Assembly: GCA_046563655.1 (NCBI GenBank)
Contig: CM102286.1
Coordinates: 11,222,001 to 11,286,000, forward strand
Reading direction: 5' to 3'
DNA length: 64,000 bases
Source: Yuukianura sp. NJ FZ-2021
Taxonomy: Eukaryota
The notes under the pieces were generated by a model that searched no databases, was not told the origin of the DNA, and was given only the letters and a program-made list of their open reading frames with translations. Positions within the stretch are counted from its first letter, which is position 1, and every line of letters begins with the position of its first letter. A program made the translations under genes and the position numbers. This document shows positions 50,906 through 64,000 of the stretch, piece after piece.

Positions 50906-53900
50906 AGGAAAGCATCAATTAAAAAAAAACTTTGAATTGTAATGACTTTAGTTCAATAAATATTCATCAACTACCTAAATGACATAATTCTTGCATAATG
51001 TGTTCATAAAGTGGTTACAAACATTTGTCTAGTGTTGTAGTTGTCATGAAAACGCAACACTAGATATACCAGCTTTAGCGACATCTCAAGAGCTTCGCTT
51101 CAGTTCCCAAATTTCTCTGGCTTTGCAAAACTGTACTTTTAGAGGGAAAGGTGGGGCAATTGGCATGAAACGGATTTGGAATACCTAGAAACATCCAAAA
51201 ATGAATCAAACTGACCTCCGCGTTAATATGTTAAAAGAAAACTCGGTGAACGAAAAGCTTTTCGATTTCATTTTATAATTTTAAATTTGAATTTTTTTGA
51301 GTTTTGCGCGGAATTCATAATTTCTTCCATCCACTAAAAGTTTCATCTATTTCGGGGGCATTTCTTCCAGTGGATAGCCAGTGGAAGTGGCAATTAAGCC
51401 AGTGGACATGTAAGCGTTCAGCAACACTGCTTGTAAGTTACAGGTTGTATCGCATAGGCCGGGATGGCAGGCAAAGTTAATTTTACGTTTCTGCAGAGTT
51501 ACCATATTCACCTGCTTAATGCTTCGTACGACACCATCTTGCGAAACTAAATCCTGATATTAAGTGTGTGCGCAACGGAAAACGGAACTAAGCAGGAAAA
51601 CTCAGGAAAAGCAGAATTTCAAGGCAAAAATATGTTTTGCAATCTCAAGAAGTTTACACTGTTAAAAAGAAATTAATGAAAATGTCTACAGTTCCTCCAC
51701 GTTTTCAATTCATTTTTGGCGTGCCAAAATTCTAAAAACATGTTAAGTTATTACTTATTCGCGACCTAACCTTAACTTAGCATTTTCAAATTTGAAAAAT
51801 CGCCAAGTTTTTTTTTATAAGTTTTTGATGCTGGCGCGTGGCGTTCTACTGTCTTTCCGTTTCGATCTTTCGCCCAGTGACAGGTTTCTTGTCAGATTGG
51901 CTTATCCTTGGACCATGACGAAAAAGTGTGAAAAGTGACACCTTGAAAAAAACCTTTTGTTATGGAGAGGGACGTGTCATGGGTGAGCGCAGAAACTGTC
52001 TCCAGCGGCACTTCCTTACTTCTTGACGCTTGATATGTGCTTCTTAATCCAAAATGTTGATCATATTACGGGGAGAATGTGCAGACCGAAATCCAGGATG
52101 ACAGGGACACGAATCCATTGTTCCTTGAAAATTCGGAGCTGAACATTGCCCGGTATGTCTCGCACAATGTGCACACAGTGATGAAAACTTTTTATCATCC
52201 GCCATGCTCCACTTCACTGAATTGTTCTTAATAAGATATCAACACTCCCGTGTCATCTTCTACCCGGAATCTCATTTCCAACTGTCCAAGTCATTTCATG
52301 TCACCTCCACTGCGTCACTATGGCCTTCCTTGCGTCGTTCTGCACAGATCCTCGATTTTTGTGTCGGGTTTACTGAATTTGTTGAAAAACTTTTTGGATT
52401 TGGTAAAAAAAAAAGGTTTCCTCCTCACTCTCAGTTTTGAAAATCTTTCAGTAGAAAAATTATTTTGCATTTTTGCATCAAAACACATTCGTTATTTCGA
52501 AATATTGCTTTTATTTTTTTAACAGTTCGAGCTAATTTGTAACGTTATCCCAAATTCCACACTAACAAAGTTCGTTTTGCCATGCGGTTTATGTTCTGTC
52601 GAATGAACCATTTTGGGTTTTAATTTTTTTTTTTACCGATAAACAAGTTTTCAAAAAAGTTTTTTTTATTGGAAATACTAAAAAAAAATGAAATGTGCAG
52701 CGATGTTGGAAATTTTCAAGGAGAGCGAACTTTTTTCTTATTTTTTAAAAATCAATTGATCAGTGAAGCATGATCCTTTCTTCACTTTCAAATCGTTTCC
52801 ATTCTCTTCCTTTTTCCTTTTGCTCCAGTGACTCTTCCAGAATCCGAAATGGTTTCCAGGAATTCTGCGTGCCTGGAAGTGCTAGAAAGTGGGCTATTTC
52901 TCCCCTGCATTTTTATGCTAATGGCACTTAATACCCTCATCATCTTGTTACGCTCCTTTCAACACACAACCATCATCTCGCTTTAGTGCATGTTATTCAG
53001 TAAGTGTCGACGCTAACAAAATTATCGTGTTAACTCTGATTTCTGAATCACGAACGATATCTTTCAAAAGTAACGCTGGTGCTACGACATATTTTGCGTA
53101 TGAAGGGAATGTGTGCGATGCGATTTTGCCACCAAAGGTGAAAGTGCCTATTGATTCTCATTGTGAGAGCAGAAATGATGATGTTAGACGAAAGAGACAG
53201 TGTATGTACATTCCATTCATTCACACTCACTCACACTTCGCGATGGTTTCAACAAAGATTTTGAGGTTTTCACTATTTTTAAATAAAACTTGTCTTTATA
53301 GTTATGCATTTTTGATTTATTATACAGGTATCACAAATAGTTAACGGATAGTGATGTAAATGGAGCCAATCACTGTAGACAAGAATTTCACGGGTACGAT
53401 TTTTTAGATTTTAATTTAAATTTTTAACTTTTAACTTCCAAAGATGTAAATTTTATGTTAATGTGATGATGGTCCTAAGTGGAGCATGATGAGGAAGATG
53501 AAGTTAATCTGCCTGATCCCTGAAATAAACAAAGTTCTGTTTTAATTGTGACTTCTGAGCTGTCAGAAGCAGATGCCTTCAATTCCTGTCTACAACAAAA
53601 GGATTCGGAAGCTCCTTTTACTTTCACAAAAACTTTTTCAGCTTTTCTCTAAATTATAAAGTCAGAGAAACTTTTTCGGGGTACAACCAACTTCTGGAAT
53701 TTTGGAACACAAAACTCAATTCATTTCCCATTTATCACCCCATAGCACAACTAGCTCTTTTTCCTCTAAATGAAGACACAATCCCCAAAAGCTTACCTTA
53801 TGCAATATTTTAAACAATTACATTATTTTTCAAGTTCTGAAATCAGGATGATTGAATTGTCAAACTTGCAGTTTTAAGTAATTGCTAAAGTTGTTCCTGT

Positions 53901-56900
53901 GGCATAAAATTTTTTAACTGTAAACGCTACATTTCACAACTTTTTTGAAACTTGAGATTCACAACTTCCGGATTTTGTCGGAATTTAATTGAGTTTATGA
54001 CAAAAATAGACATAATGCATGAACGTTAACTTTTTCTTTTCTTCCGGAAGTAGCCACTTAAAGTCGTAATTTTTTAGATATTTTTGAAAACCTAAAAAAT
54101 AAAAAGTTGTGAGTTACAAGAAAAGTTTTAAGAAAATCTGTTACATGTCACACTTTTCAAAAAAAAAGAATTGTGAGAACTCTTTTTTTTCATAATATAG
54201 AAGGCGGGGAGAAAAGGTAGCTAACGCTACCATGGAACTTCAATTTTAAATTTTCGGTTGTCTATAAGTTGCCATTTCACGTTTACGCTTGGTCAGGCAC
54301 AAAAACATGTTTTCCGTGTAGAAGGATGTAATTGAGTTCAAGGAGTCTTTAACAAGTCTATCAACGTCAAAGTCCTTAGTTTCCCCACTTTCTTCGAGGC
54401 ATGTACTCTCTCCGAGCTGTGTATTTGCTGCGCATGCGTCTTTTAATCAAACTGATGAACGCACAGAAGTGGAAATGGACAATTTGTTAAGGGTACGAGT
54501 CAAGCGTTTTCAGAAAAAAAAATGTTTATTTTGAAAATACTTTCTCCTGTTCGTTGTTTCCGATTTTCTACACTTCCGAACCGTATGATCGTGTTTTTAG
54601 AACTCGAAAAATAAAACAAAACAAAAATTCCAGAAAAAAATCAAAAAATAACAAAAGGCTGTGGCCAAAACTTCCATCAAAAAAGGCCCAGAAGCAAAGC
54701 TCAACCTGCACTTGTTTATCTTTTTTGCTTGAGCCAGCAGAAAATTGAAATAAGAACCGAAAGAGATGTCTAATTTGGGAGGTCTTTTGGACAACCAACG
54801 GGTTTGTGGACGAAGTAAACACCAGTGCTCTGTAATATAGAAGAAAAACGTTCTTTAAAAAAAACGCAAGATCTTCTTTCTTTTCAATCCTCTTCGTTTT
54901 TTTGTTTTGTTTTTGGCTGAGTGAAGGGCGTGAGAAAAAGTGAAGTTTGAAAAACCTCATTCAAAGACAGAAAAGAACTTTTCCATCAATCTTCTAGACA
55001 CTTTCAGTTATTCCTCTTTTTCCGGAAAAAGAAAAGCGCCGAGAAAATATATTTTAAATTTGACCCCTGCCCCATCGCTAATTAATATGTTTATTCCACT
55101 TCCTCGTTGCTCATAATTTCATTTCAAAATGTGTCCGGTATGACATTCGATGAGAATGTGCTTGATTCTGAGCAATGAATCAACTCAAATGAAGTAAATT
55201 TTTTTAAATTTGTACTCCTTTTTTCAGTATTTTAGGAAAAACGAAGCAGACTTCAATACGAAACCCCTTCAGTTGACTTCCGAGAGGCGAAAAGTAAAGA
55301 AGGAGAAGGCGGTGAAGTTCTTTGGGAAAGCATAAATATTTAATTTTCTCCGCACTTTCACTTTCTTCGAAGCCTCAAGGTCTCATTTGACGAAGAAAGT
55401 TCGAGATTATGAACAAAGTCGAAAGCAGGGCTGAAACCTTACTCGTTCTAGAGTTTTGTTAAGTTTTGAGGTTTAGGGTTCGTTCAATGGCTTGTTGGGT
55501 GCTACTACCAATAATTAGTTTCTAGTTTCCTGAAAAACCTTGTTTGCTACCTCCCCTCCTCTCCTTTATTACTAACCTTTGACCCATAAAGAAAGTCTTT
55601 GAACTTTTTCATCGAAAGTGGAAAAATTAAGAAGCAAATGAGCAAAGCAGAGAATTTCCACCCCTTACTCCACTAATTTTTTCTGAATTTTAAACTGACA
55701 AGCGTTGACACTTATTAAAGTATTAAACCATTTTTGAGATCTGTCACAAATGGACTTTTCTCCAAAAGATGGGAGGCACCTAGTAACAAAAGCTAAAACT
55801 TTACGAGTTGAAAGTTAATTTACTTTCAAAAATTAATAATTCAGAAATATAAAACTTAAGTTTATATTTATGAATTGATGGTTTGCCGATAACAATAGAC
55901 AGAAAAACCGCAACAAGTCCACGGACGATGCTGAGGGAGACAAAGAAGAGAAAGTTTTGACAACTATTTCCTTTCCTAAATTAAGATTTTGAGGTTCCTC
56001 GCTCTTGCTCTCAATCACTGTTTAAGAAATCAAAATTTTGAAAAACACTACAGCAGCAGCAACAAGAAACAGACAGCTGTAAACCAAAATTTGTTCTAAA
56101 TACGAAAAGAGGAAAATATTTAAAATATTCTCAAAAACAAACAACAACAACCACACGGCCGCATAAAGTCTCATGAATAATCAGATTAGAAAGTTTCTTA
56201 ATGGAATCTGAGCAAAACTTACTCCCTTCACCACCATTCTTTGTGGACGATGAATACGAAGGAATCTTTGACACTTTCTCCTTCTACTTCTCGACAGCTT
56301 TTGCTCTAATGTTAATTTCTGCCGCACATGCCACAACCTTCAACCGACATGTTTTCATGCTTGTTCCAAGTATGCAAATGTGACGAGCACCAAATTTCAA
56401 AATTCTTCTGTAGCTTGGATTCTAAAGTTTTCCGAATTCAAATTCCCCTGGGGGAGGAGCCAAAGTGAGTTAGGTCAGAGGTCACAGAGGGTGAAAGAGC
56501 GTGATTTTGAATTAATTAAACCTCCCAAACCGTGTTTTAAGCACCAGATGCGGCGCCGACTTTCACTTTTTCATTTTCATCAAAAAATCTGAACAGTGTC
56601 TTTTCTAACCAAATAGAAATTTCTTTGTAGGTAAAATTTTGAATTTTATGCATCTTCATTGTTAAAAAAATAGGGAGAAAGAAAGTTACAGCAGATTGGG
56701 AGCTTTTCCGTTCACTCTCTCGGAGTTTCATGGAACTCGCTTCTGGGGATTTGCAGTCACTTTAAGCATGTTTAAATGTTTATGTTACTTTTTTCCACCA
56801 CTGCTGTGCTTTCACCAAGCTGCTTCCCATCGTCCATAGTATGGTAAGGCCACATGTTGGGTTAGGTTTTAGGTTACGTTTTCTGGGAATCCCTTGACAG

Positions 56901-57509
56901 TGCTTTGTTCTTTGACGGTGCTTTGTTCTTTGACGTACTTTTACTTTCACCTGACTTCTCTTCCTCTCGTCGCATAATAAGACTCGCCCACCGTGAAAAT
57001 CATTTGAGGTTGCTGCTTTCTTTTCTGGTGAAAGTCACATTATGCTTTCTCCAGATACCTATCCTTTCTACACTGTCTCGCCTAAGTCCAAATGGGCTCA
57101 ATCGCTGACTGTCAAGCTTTTATGGTACCGTGACTTTGGAGAGGTGGAAAGAGCGCGAGAAACGCTAGAAAAGTGACGGAGGCGCTGCTTCTCACAGTTT
57201 CCTCGGTTGGAGTCTCAATGGGCTCTTAACGCTACAAGCGAAAGTCAGGAAGAAAGGAAAGTGAAAATCGAAAAGCCCAGCATCGGAGGGAGCCCTTCCC
57301 CGGGCAGTATGAGTCTGAACGTAGGATTTGGCGGACGCAGAAAGGTTTATAACCGCAGGGTTTAGTCAACAACAGCAACATACGAAAAAGGACTTACAAG
57401 GTTGCTGCATTTTCAAAAAATAACTTTAAAAAAGTACGACGCTGGAAAACCAAACTGCTGCGCATACGTTTTAAATACAAGTCCAGCGCTTAGGTGAATC
57501 AAAAAAACA

Positions 57510-60500
57510 ATGGCTCTATTTGGAAGTAATTTTGTCCTCGTTTCGTTGACTTTTCTTGGAATACTAACTTCCGGTAACTGAAAAATAAAAACAGCTTTTT
57601 TAAAAAAAGGCTTTAAAATTTTGACATTTTTAAATTTTACATGTTTAAAAAAGTTTTAAATTTTTTCGTGACGTTTGACATCTTTGTGTGTTTACAGCTT
57701 TGAAGGATGTTGAGGTCGTGGTTCCATTGTACGTCCGTCAGAGCGAAGACGTTCTGCTGCGATGTAATTACAATTTAGAGATGGACAATTTGTATGCTGT
57801 CAAGTGGTACAAAGATGGAAACGAATTTTATCGTTTCGTTCCAAAGGAAGTTCCACCTCAACAAGTCTTTACAATCAACCGCGAAGAAGTGGACGTAGAC
57901 GTAAGAAAAAAAACTTACCCTCACTAACATAATCTGTATGCACAAGAATCTCTTTAATGTGTCGTAGATGTCAAAGTGTCAAGGACTTTAAAACTAATAA
58001 TTTGTCTAGATTTGCTTTTAGAATATCATTTTTCTGGATGAAGTTCTTTTGTGTCATTTCCAAGGTTTTTGTCCTGTGCCTTTTGATCTGAGTGGATTAG
58101 GTTTTTTGGTTATGGTTTGAGGTTTGGGAGTCAGGTAAAGGCGTTCTTTTTAGAATAATGTCGAAAGAATTCGTTCTAAGGAAACAAGATTTTTTATGAC
58201 AGGAGGCATGTGCGTCAAGGCTGGATTTAATAGACATTCTCCGTTAGGTTGCGCTGGGTTTTGGTTTAGGTTAGTCTGAGGTTAGAGCATGTTAGACTGG
58301 GGATCTTGGTCGTAGTAGATGAAACCGTGTTTTCTGATGAGATGATACACGGGATCTGGGAAATGACTTTCCCTTCCCAACGGAGGGAAGCAGACGGATG
58401 ACAAATCTGATTCTAAAAGAAACATCGGAAATTACATGGAGCTCCTAGTTCATCTTTACTTTACCTGGATGCCATTTCATTTGGCCAATAGGAACCCACT
58501 TTTCACTCAAAATACAAAAGAGTTGCTCAATTCATGAAACACAAAAATCCAATCGCTAAAACAAATTCAAAATTTTTATCAACTTTACAAATCAAGTTAG
58601 ACATTAAACAAATTAAAGTAGTACCTAAACAGAGTACGTTTTCCATAGTTTGTGTCTGATGAGCAGCTTTCTTTTCGTTTTGAAGAATTTGATTTTGTTC
58701 TTGTGGAGTTTATCAGTTAATGTGAAAGTTTTTTCAGTTTTACCATACATGTGTGACTGTGTAATGCAGTGTTTATAGTTGAATGTCCCATGAGCGTTTT
58801 AAAATATACTATGTTGTTTGTTTATCAATTTATTTTTAAAGTTTTTTTTTTCTTCAGATCCGATTTTCGAACGAGTACGAAGTTCTTCTGCGGAACGTGT
58901 CACTGGACCAGAGTGGACTTTTCAAGTGTAGTGTTTCCGCTGAGTCTACTTTTCAAACTGTTGAAAAATCTAAGCACGTCACCATTGTTGGTAAACCCTC
59001 TTTGACTTCAAAACAAACTTTCTCCTTTTCTAAACTCTTTCTAAACTTTGGTCCTCTTGACCCACTAAATCCATTTTAGAACAGACACAAACTTTTTTAA
59101 ATTTTGTCTTTGGTAACTCCTTTGTGTCCATTTTTTTAGCAATTGGATACGAGTCTCCAAAAGTTCAGATGGACCGACCATTCTACAATCCAGGAGAAAC
59201 AGTCAGAGCAAACTGTACTCTGCCACAAGCCTACCCACTCCCCAATATTACATGGTTCATCAACGAACGTAAGGTAAATCGTTTTCAAAAATTAGTTGCT
59301 CAACACATTCGATTTCATTATCTCTCTCTCCCTTCTTCAACGTGGTGCATTTGAGTAACTTGAGAAGAGGAATAATTTTATGCGGTGTCTCTCATTTGTT
59401 CAGTCTCAGTATTTTTGTCCTTCCAAAATCGGCTCGAAATCTGTTGAAAGTCCCTCTGCCCTGTTTCCAAGAAAGTTCCAATGAAGCTCAGATGGGATTT
59501 TGACAAAGTGAAAGTTGGACACTGGGGAGGATCTTACAATCATTGATTCTCTGCAGCCGCTTTTCCCTCAGGAAATCCCACGGTTTTAAGATCTTTTGTT
59601 ACGTAACAAACTACTACGCAATCACTCCCCCATGGGGACGTCCACTCCTTGAATCCTTCACATGCCAAAACCCCCCATCGCGTTGCGTAATTTTTGAACA
59701 GTTCCTTCTCTCCCAAGATCATTTTGTTTAGAGAGACAAGTAGTGAAAAGACTTTCTCCACTTGAAACTGATCCTCCTTGGAATTGTTTGCTCACCGTCT
59801 CCTTCCTCCCGCTTCCTCGCTCAAACCCAACATTTGAAAAACTCCAATTGTCCCGCCTTTCTCCGCTTTATTGTGCTCCAGTTTCTTCCATTTCCTCCTG
59901 TCCCTGTCAACTTAACGGCGTAGAACTATAAGATATTCATGATAGGAAAGCGATCCCGGTCCACTAACAAGCGTCCTGTCACTCAAACTTGACAACTGCC
60001 TTTCCCTCTGACACAGGAAGAAAAGACATCTCCACATTGACGACATAGAAAACTATAATTTCAAATTCTGGTGGTGGGTTGAGTTTGAAATTTAAAATTT
60101 ATAAAGTCATTGTTTCTTAATTGACAGGTCAAGAGCACTGTAGATGTCCACTGGATCACGAGTAAAGTCGATGCGACCTCTGGCGACGAAACTATGTCAA
60201 CAAATGGAGGAAGCGTCATTGGAGCAATAAACTTTACGCTTCCGGAGACATTCGTTCCTACGTCACTCATGTGTCGTATTCAGATGTTTGATTTGTATGA
60301 TGAAGTGACGCTCAAAAGAATTCAACCAATCCCAAGGCGACAGACGCTCAAAGCTGGTGCCAGCAGTGGCGGAACTGCTACGCAACTGAACTTTTCCGCC
60401 ATTGAAATAAATTTCAATAGCGAAAGGGTGGCAGTCAGTAAAGGTCAGTTTGAAATTCGCATTAAATGAAAAAATCGTGTTTTTTCAAAATGAAAATTCA

Positions 60501-60640
60501 ATATTCTGAACTATGTTGCAAAGTGTGAGTTTTCAATTTCAGGTTCGGATATATTCAGATCTAGTTCGGAATTCTTCAATAGCCAAAATTATTTAGCGTT
60601 CCTTGCCACAATGTCAACCAACGCTTTTATATTCCTGTGA
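57510..60640 (+). CDS. beat: Beaten path (Beat)-family two-Ig-domain cell surface protein, ~315 aa
   Basis: Exons 57510-57573 (signal peptide), 57698-57900, 58858-58990, 59140-59273, 60128-60443, 60543-60640 (TGA), all phase-consistent. Beat motifs LRCNYNLEMDNLYAVKWYKDGNEFYRFVPKEVPP, VLLRNVSLDQSGLFKCSVSAESTFQT, YNPGETVRANCT..YPLPNITWFIN. Hydrophobic C-terminus. Confidence 0.9.
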
Positions 60641-63575
60641 AGAAACAAAGAAAACCAATAGAACAAGAATAAACCCTACAGAGTAACATATGAATTGTAT
60701 AAAAGTGGTTTTAACTAAAAAAAATTGTTATAAAAAATTCAATTTCCACCCCAGTTTTACAATTTCAAAACTTGAGCGTTTAATTGTCAAAATGAAAATA
60801 ATTTTGGGAACTTGGTTTCAGTTTCCAGTTGAGTTCTCCAGTTCAACATTCTCGTAAAAGTGTTCTCTCATCAACAAAATTTACCTGATAACTTTCACCA
60901 TAACTCCTTCGTTTAAAAAACTCATTTCTCCACGTTTTCCCCTTCGCTCCGCTTTTTTTCCTGCCTCTTTTGAAAAGTAGAAAAAACGAAAAAGGTTTTC
61001 TTTTTGAAATTTGTAGTTTTGAACAAAAGGAGAAAAATGGAGGGTTGGTGCTTCATGAGCCTCTGGTTGTGCGTATCCGAAGTGAAAGTTTATTCGGTTT
61101 TGAGCCCAACGAACCGGAGAAATTAATTGGAATACTTTATTCCTTTGCGTCTTGTCTCCCTTCCAGCGCCACCATCTTCCTCCTCAGTTCAGTTCATTTC
61201 TAAGTGGGCGCTTCATGAGTTTATTAAAAAATGGGGCCTTCCTCTGCCTAGTTACCGTTTATGTACTTGTACATTAGGATGATTCTTCATCAACTCGGAA
61301 GAGGCGAGCACTTGTAAGCAAAAGTCTCATTTAGAAAAACCAAGGCATCCGTGTCATCAGATGCATGTTGGTTAGAGCACACACAAAATACACCCATTGT
61401 TACCAGTAACAAATGTGCCAATTTTCAGAAATAAAAAAATATGCCCATAGCAACACGGTTACTACCGATGGGCTGACAGCATTGAACCTTACACCAACGA
61501 AAATGTACAAAACGTATACTTACAATGCAACGCTAACTGTAGGCTACATAAAAATTGTTTGAATTATATTCTTCTACAAAAATTTGTTTTATAATGAGTA
61601 TTTTTTAGAACAAGTTTAGTAATGTAACAAAGTGTAAAACTACACGCCTCCTAAGTTCTTGCTGCAATAACAGCGGTATAGTATGTGGTCTCAAACCTCG
61701 AATTGGGTCATTTAACCAGCCATACGGTGGTCACAGAGGTGTGACATAGAAGCGTAAGCTATGTGTAACTATAATGTAACCTTGCCCTGTGGTCGCGCTG
61801 CTGCTACGTTTGGTTGACTTCAACCTCAAGATGTGTTGTAGGTTACGAGATTTTGGAAATAGAGAATAAGAAGAGTACTAATCTGATGATGAGACTCAGC
61901 ACTTTCTGGCTCTCTCTGAAGTGAATCAAAGGAAAAGGCCTCCTTTTGTCTCGGTCCTTAACAAGCCTCGGAGCGCAAATTATTTATCATTAGACTCGAC
62001 TTTTGGAAGAGGACTTTCTCCACTTTCCCTTCGAATATGTCGACTCAGGAGAAAGCCCTAGGCACAACCTCCGTTTTCCCAAAGATCTTTCATCCGACTA
62101 ACTTCTTCTGCTGCAGGAAGAATCCTTTCCCAAATCAAGAAACTCCCGCTCTTTTTGGAACTTCTGTTTAAATCATCCTCGAATTCCTCGGGAGTCGAAA
62201 TTGGAAAGCACGGAAATTCTTTAGCCTATTCATCTCGGAGATTCAAAGGGAAGGAGAGCAGTACTTTCTTTAAATCTTTTCATGAAACACCATGTTTTGT
62301 CAAAGAAAAAACATTTCATTTTAATGATGACTTCAAAAAAGTATTTTTTGAACAAAAATCTTTTTGAAAACGCATTGCCAGAACGTATCGAAACTGTCTT
62401 TAAAAATTCCTCTTTTTTTCATAAGTAAAAGAAAATGATTGTAAAAGCGTAAGTGAAAGTTTATTTAATTCCTCTCATGGCTAAACAAAAGCGGTGAAAT
62501 GCCTTCGTAATTGTTCTTGCTCATATTTTCACAAATTGCCACTCCCTGTCGCATAAATTGGCAGAAATTGCAAAACTACAAAGATTGTCACTTTCACTCT
62601 TTCCGTTTATAGCATGAAATGAATCGTTTTAGCGGAGTGGTCAATTATTAGGTCAACACTCAGCGCCTCCGGGAGAGGAATAATTAAATCCGATTCCCGG
62701 GTGAAACAATTCACTTTTGTGGTTTCGGATCCATTTTCAGTTCCATTCTGCGAGTAGTCTACTACTCCACTGCTCTAATCGTGTGAAATGCCTAAAACTT
62801 TTAATGTAGCCCATTTGGATGAGGAGATAAAGTGATGAGTGTCCATTAAAGCGGGTAGTGTGAAGATATCCTGGAACTGGACTCAATGCTCGAACATAGG
62901 GAAAACAAAGGAGGAAGTGAAACAAAAGCGAAAGTGGAACTCTATTTACCCAATTCCCCTTATTCCTTCACGCCTTCTCTCTAAAGTGACGTCTCCTTTC
63001 CATCTCCATCAGCAGCAGGGAGTTTCTCCACTTTCACCACTTTCTCCTGCAGTCCACTACCAAATAGTCACGTATTGGCCATTTCAAACCTTCCTGCCAA
63101 GAAAAAAAAAAGACTTCCAATTCCATTTTCGATGCTTTAGGACTTTGGACGTAAAGAAAGAGTGAAAGTGGAGATGAGATCTGTGGCGTCCATTCACTTT
63201 TTTCCCAAAAAATATCCACTCTCCTCAAGCCATTTGGGCTTGGCTCAAGGCCGGTAACTTCGACTGCAAAATATTCAAGATTTGTAACACATCTTGGTAA
63301 AAATTTGCAACAACTTTACATTCGAAGGTAGTTATTAATTTGTCATTTGCTCATGTTTTTTTGATTTATTATGTTGAACCAACGAATTAACAACTAACGT
63401 TAGCTTTCTTTTCATTTTTTTTACTTTGTTTGAAATTTTGCGCCGTCAGCTGAGTTTTGACGTTTTCTTTGATTTTTGCCTGCTTTCTTTATCTTTTTGG
63501 CATGTTCATGAGTCGGTTGAGTCGATTGTGTTGCCCCTGGCCGTCCATTTCTGGCGTTCCTAAGTGGACTTGTTG

Positions 63576-63880
63576 TCAGAGTAAAAAAGAAAAAAGAGAA
63601 ATAAAAAACCCGGGTAAAAGTGGACGCCGAGAAAAGGTTAGAAATTGAATTTGAGTTAGATTTTTTTGGCAGTCGTCCCCAGAGTGCAACAGAGTAGTAA
63701 CTTTCATTTTCCCGCTTCTGCTTGGTACTGATGGAGCACCTGATAAATATTTATACTTTTCTTGGTGGCGGTGGGACTGGTGGGGCCTTTGGTGGCTCAA
63801 AAGTTGGTGGTGGCGGGTGGATCGTCGCCTACGAATCATCCTCTCGAGTCCGCCCCCATTCCCCTTCCCCCAAACTTCCA
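63576..63880 (-). CDS. Possible terminal coding exon of a minus-strand gene extending beyond the window (hydrophobic, GPI-like C-terminus)
   Basis: On the minus strand an acceptor gttttag directly precedes an open frame ending LLPGFFISLFSFLL*. No recognisable domain. Confidence 0.3.
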
Positions 63881-64000
63881 CTAAAACATCTTAATCTTCA
63901 TCCTAATCCATTCCCTGTCCTGCCCAGCAATTCGCAATTCATCTCCACTTTCTCCCGCTTCACCAAAAGTGAACCGGACCCTCACTTTCATTTAAATACC

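Noticed and set aside
51030..51429. Possible MITE with tagtgttg/caacactg ends downstream of Piwi
   Set aside because: The inverted match is only about 7 bp and there is no TSD.

Overview
This is eukaryotic, AT-rich, intron-containing DNA, most likely from an arthropod (short 60-90 nt introns, DIP- and Beat-family Ig genes). From left to right it holds: (1) the 3' part of a GPI-type DIP-delta/Lachesin-family Ig gene (892-10010); (2) intronic and intergenic sequence with six copies of a P-element-like MITE and one clean hAT-type non-autonomous element; (3) a ~22.8 kb element bounded by long AT-rich terminal inverted repeats (21900-44730), which carries a ~20 kb array of ~133 x 150 bp satellite monomers with 7-mer higher-order structure, a Helentron/DINE-1-like (HINE) insertion and a decayed ORF with a LINE-ORF1-like RRM and a possible BEN-like tail; (4) a small secreted WAP-domain gene; (5) a complete 12-exon PIWI-clade Argonaute gene (~886 aa) whose guide-binding residues are intact but whose slicer tetrad is degenerate; (6) a complete Beat-family Ig gene. 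The most notable points are the satellite-carrying TIR element and the slicer-dead Piwi about 2.6 kb from it. All gene models were built by hand from splice signals and reading frames; no database search was run.
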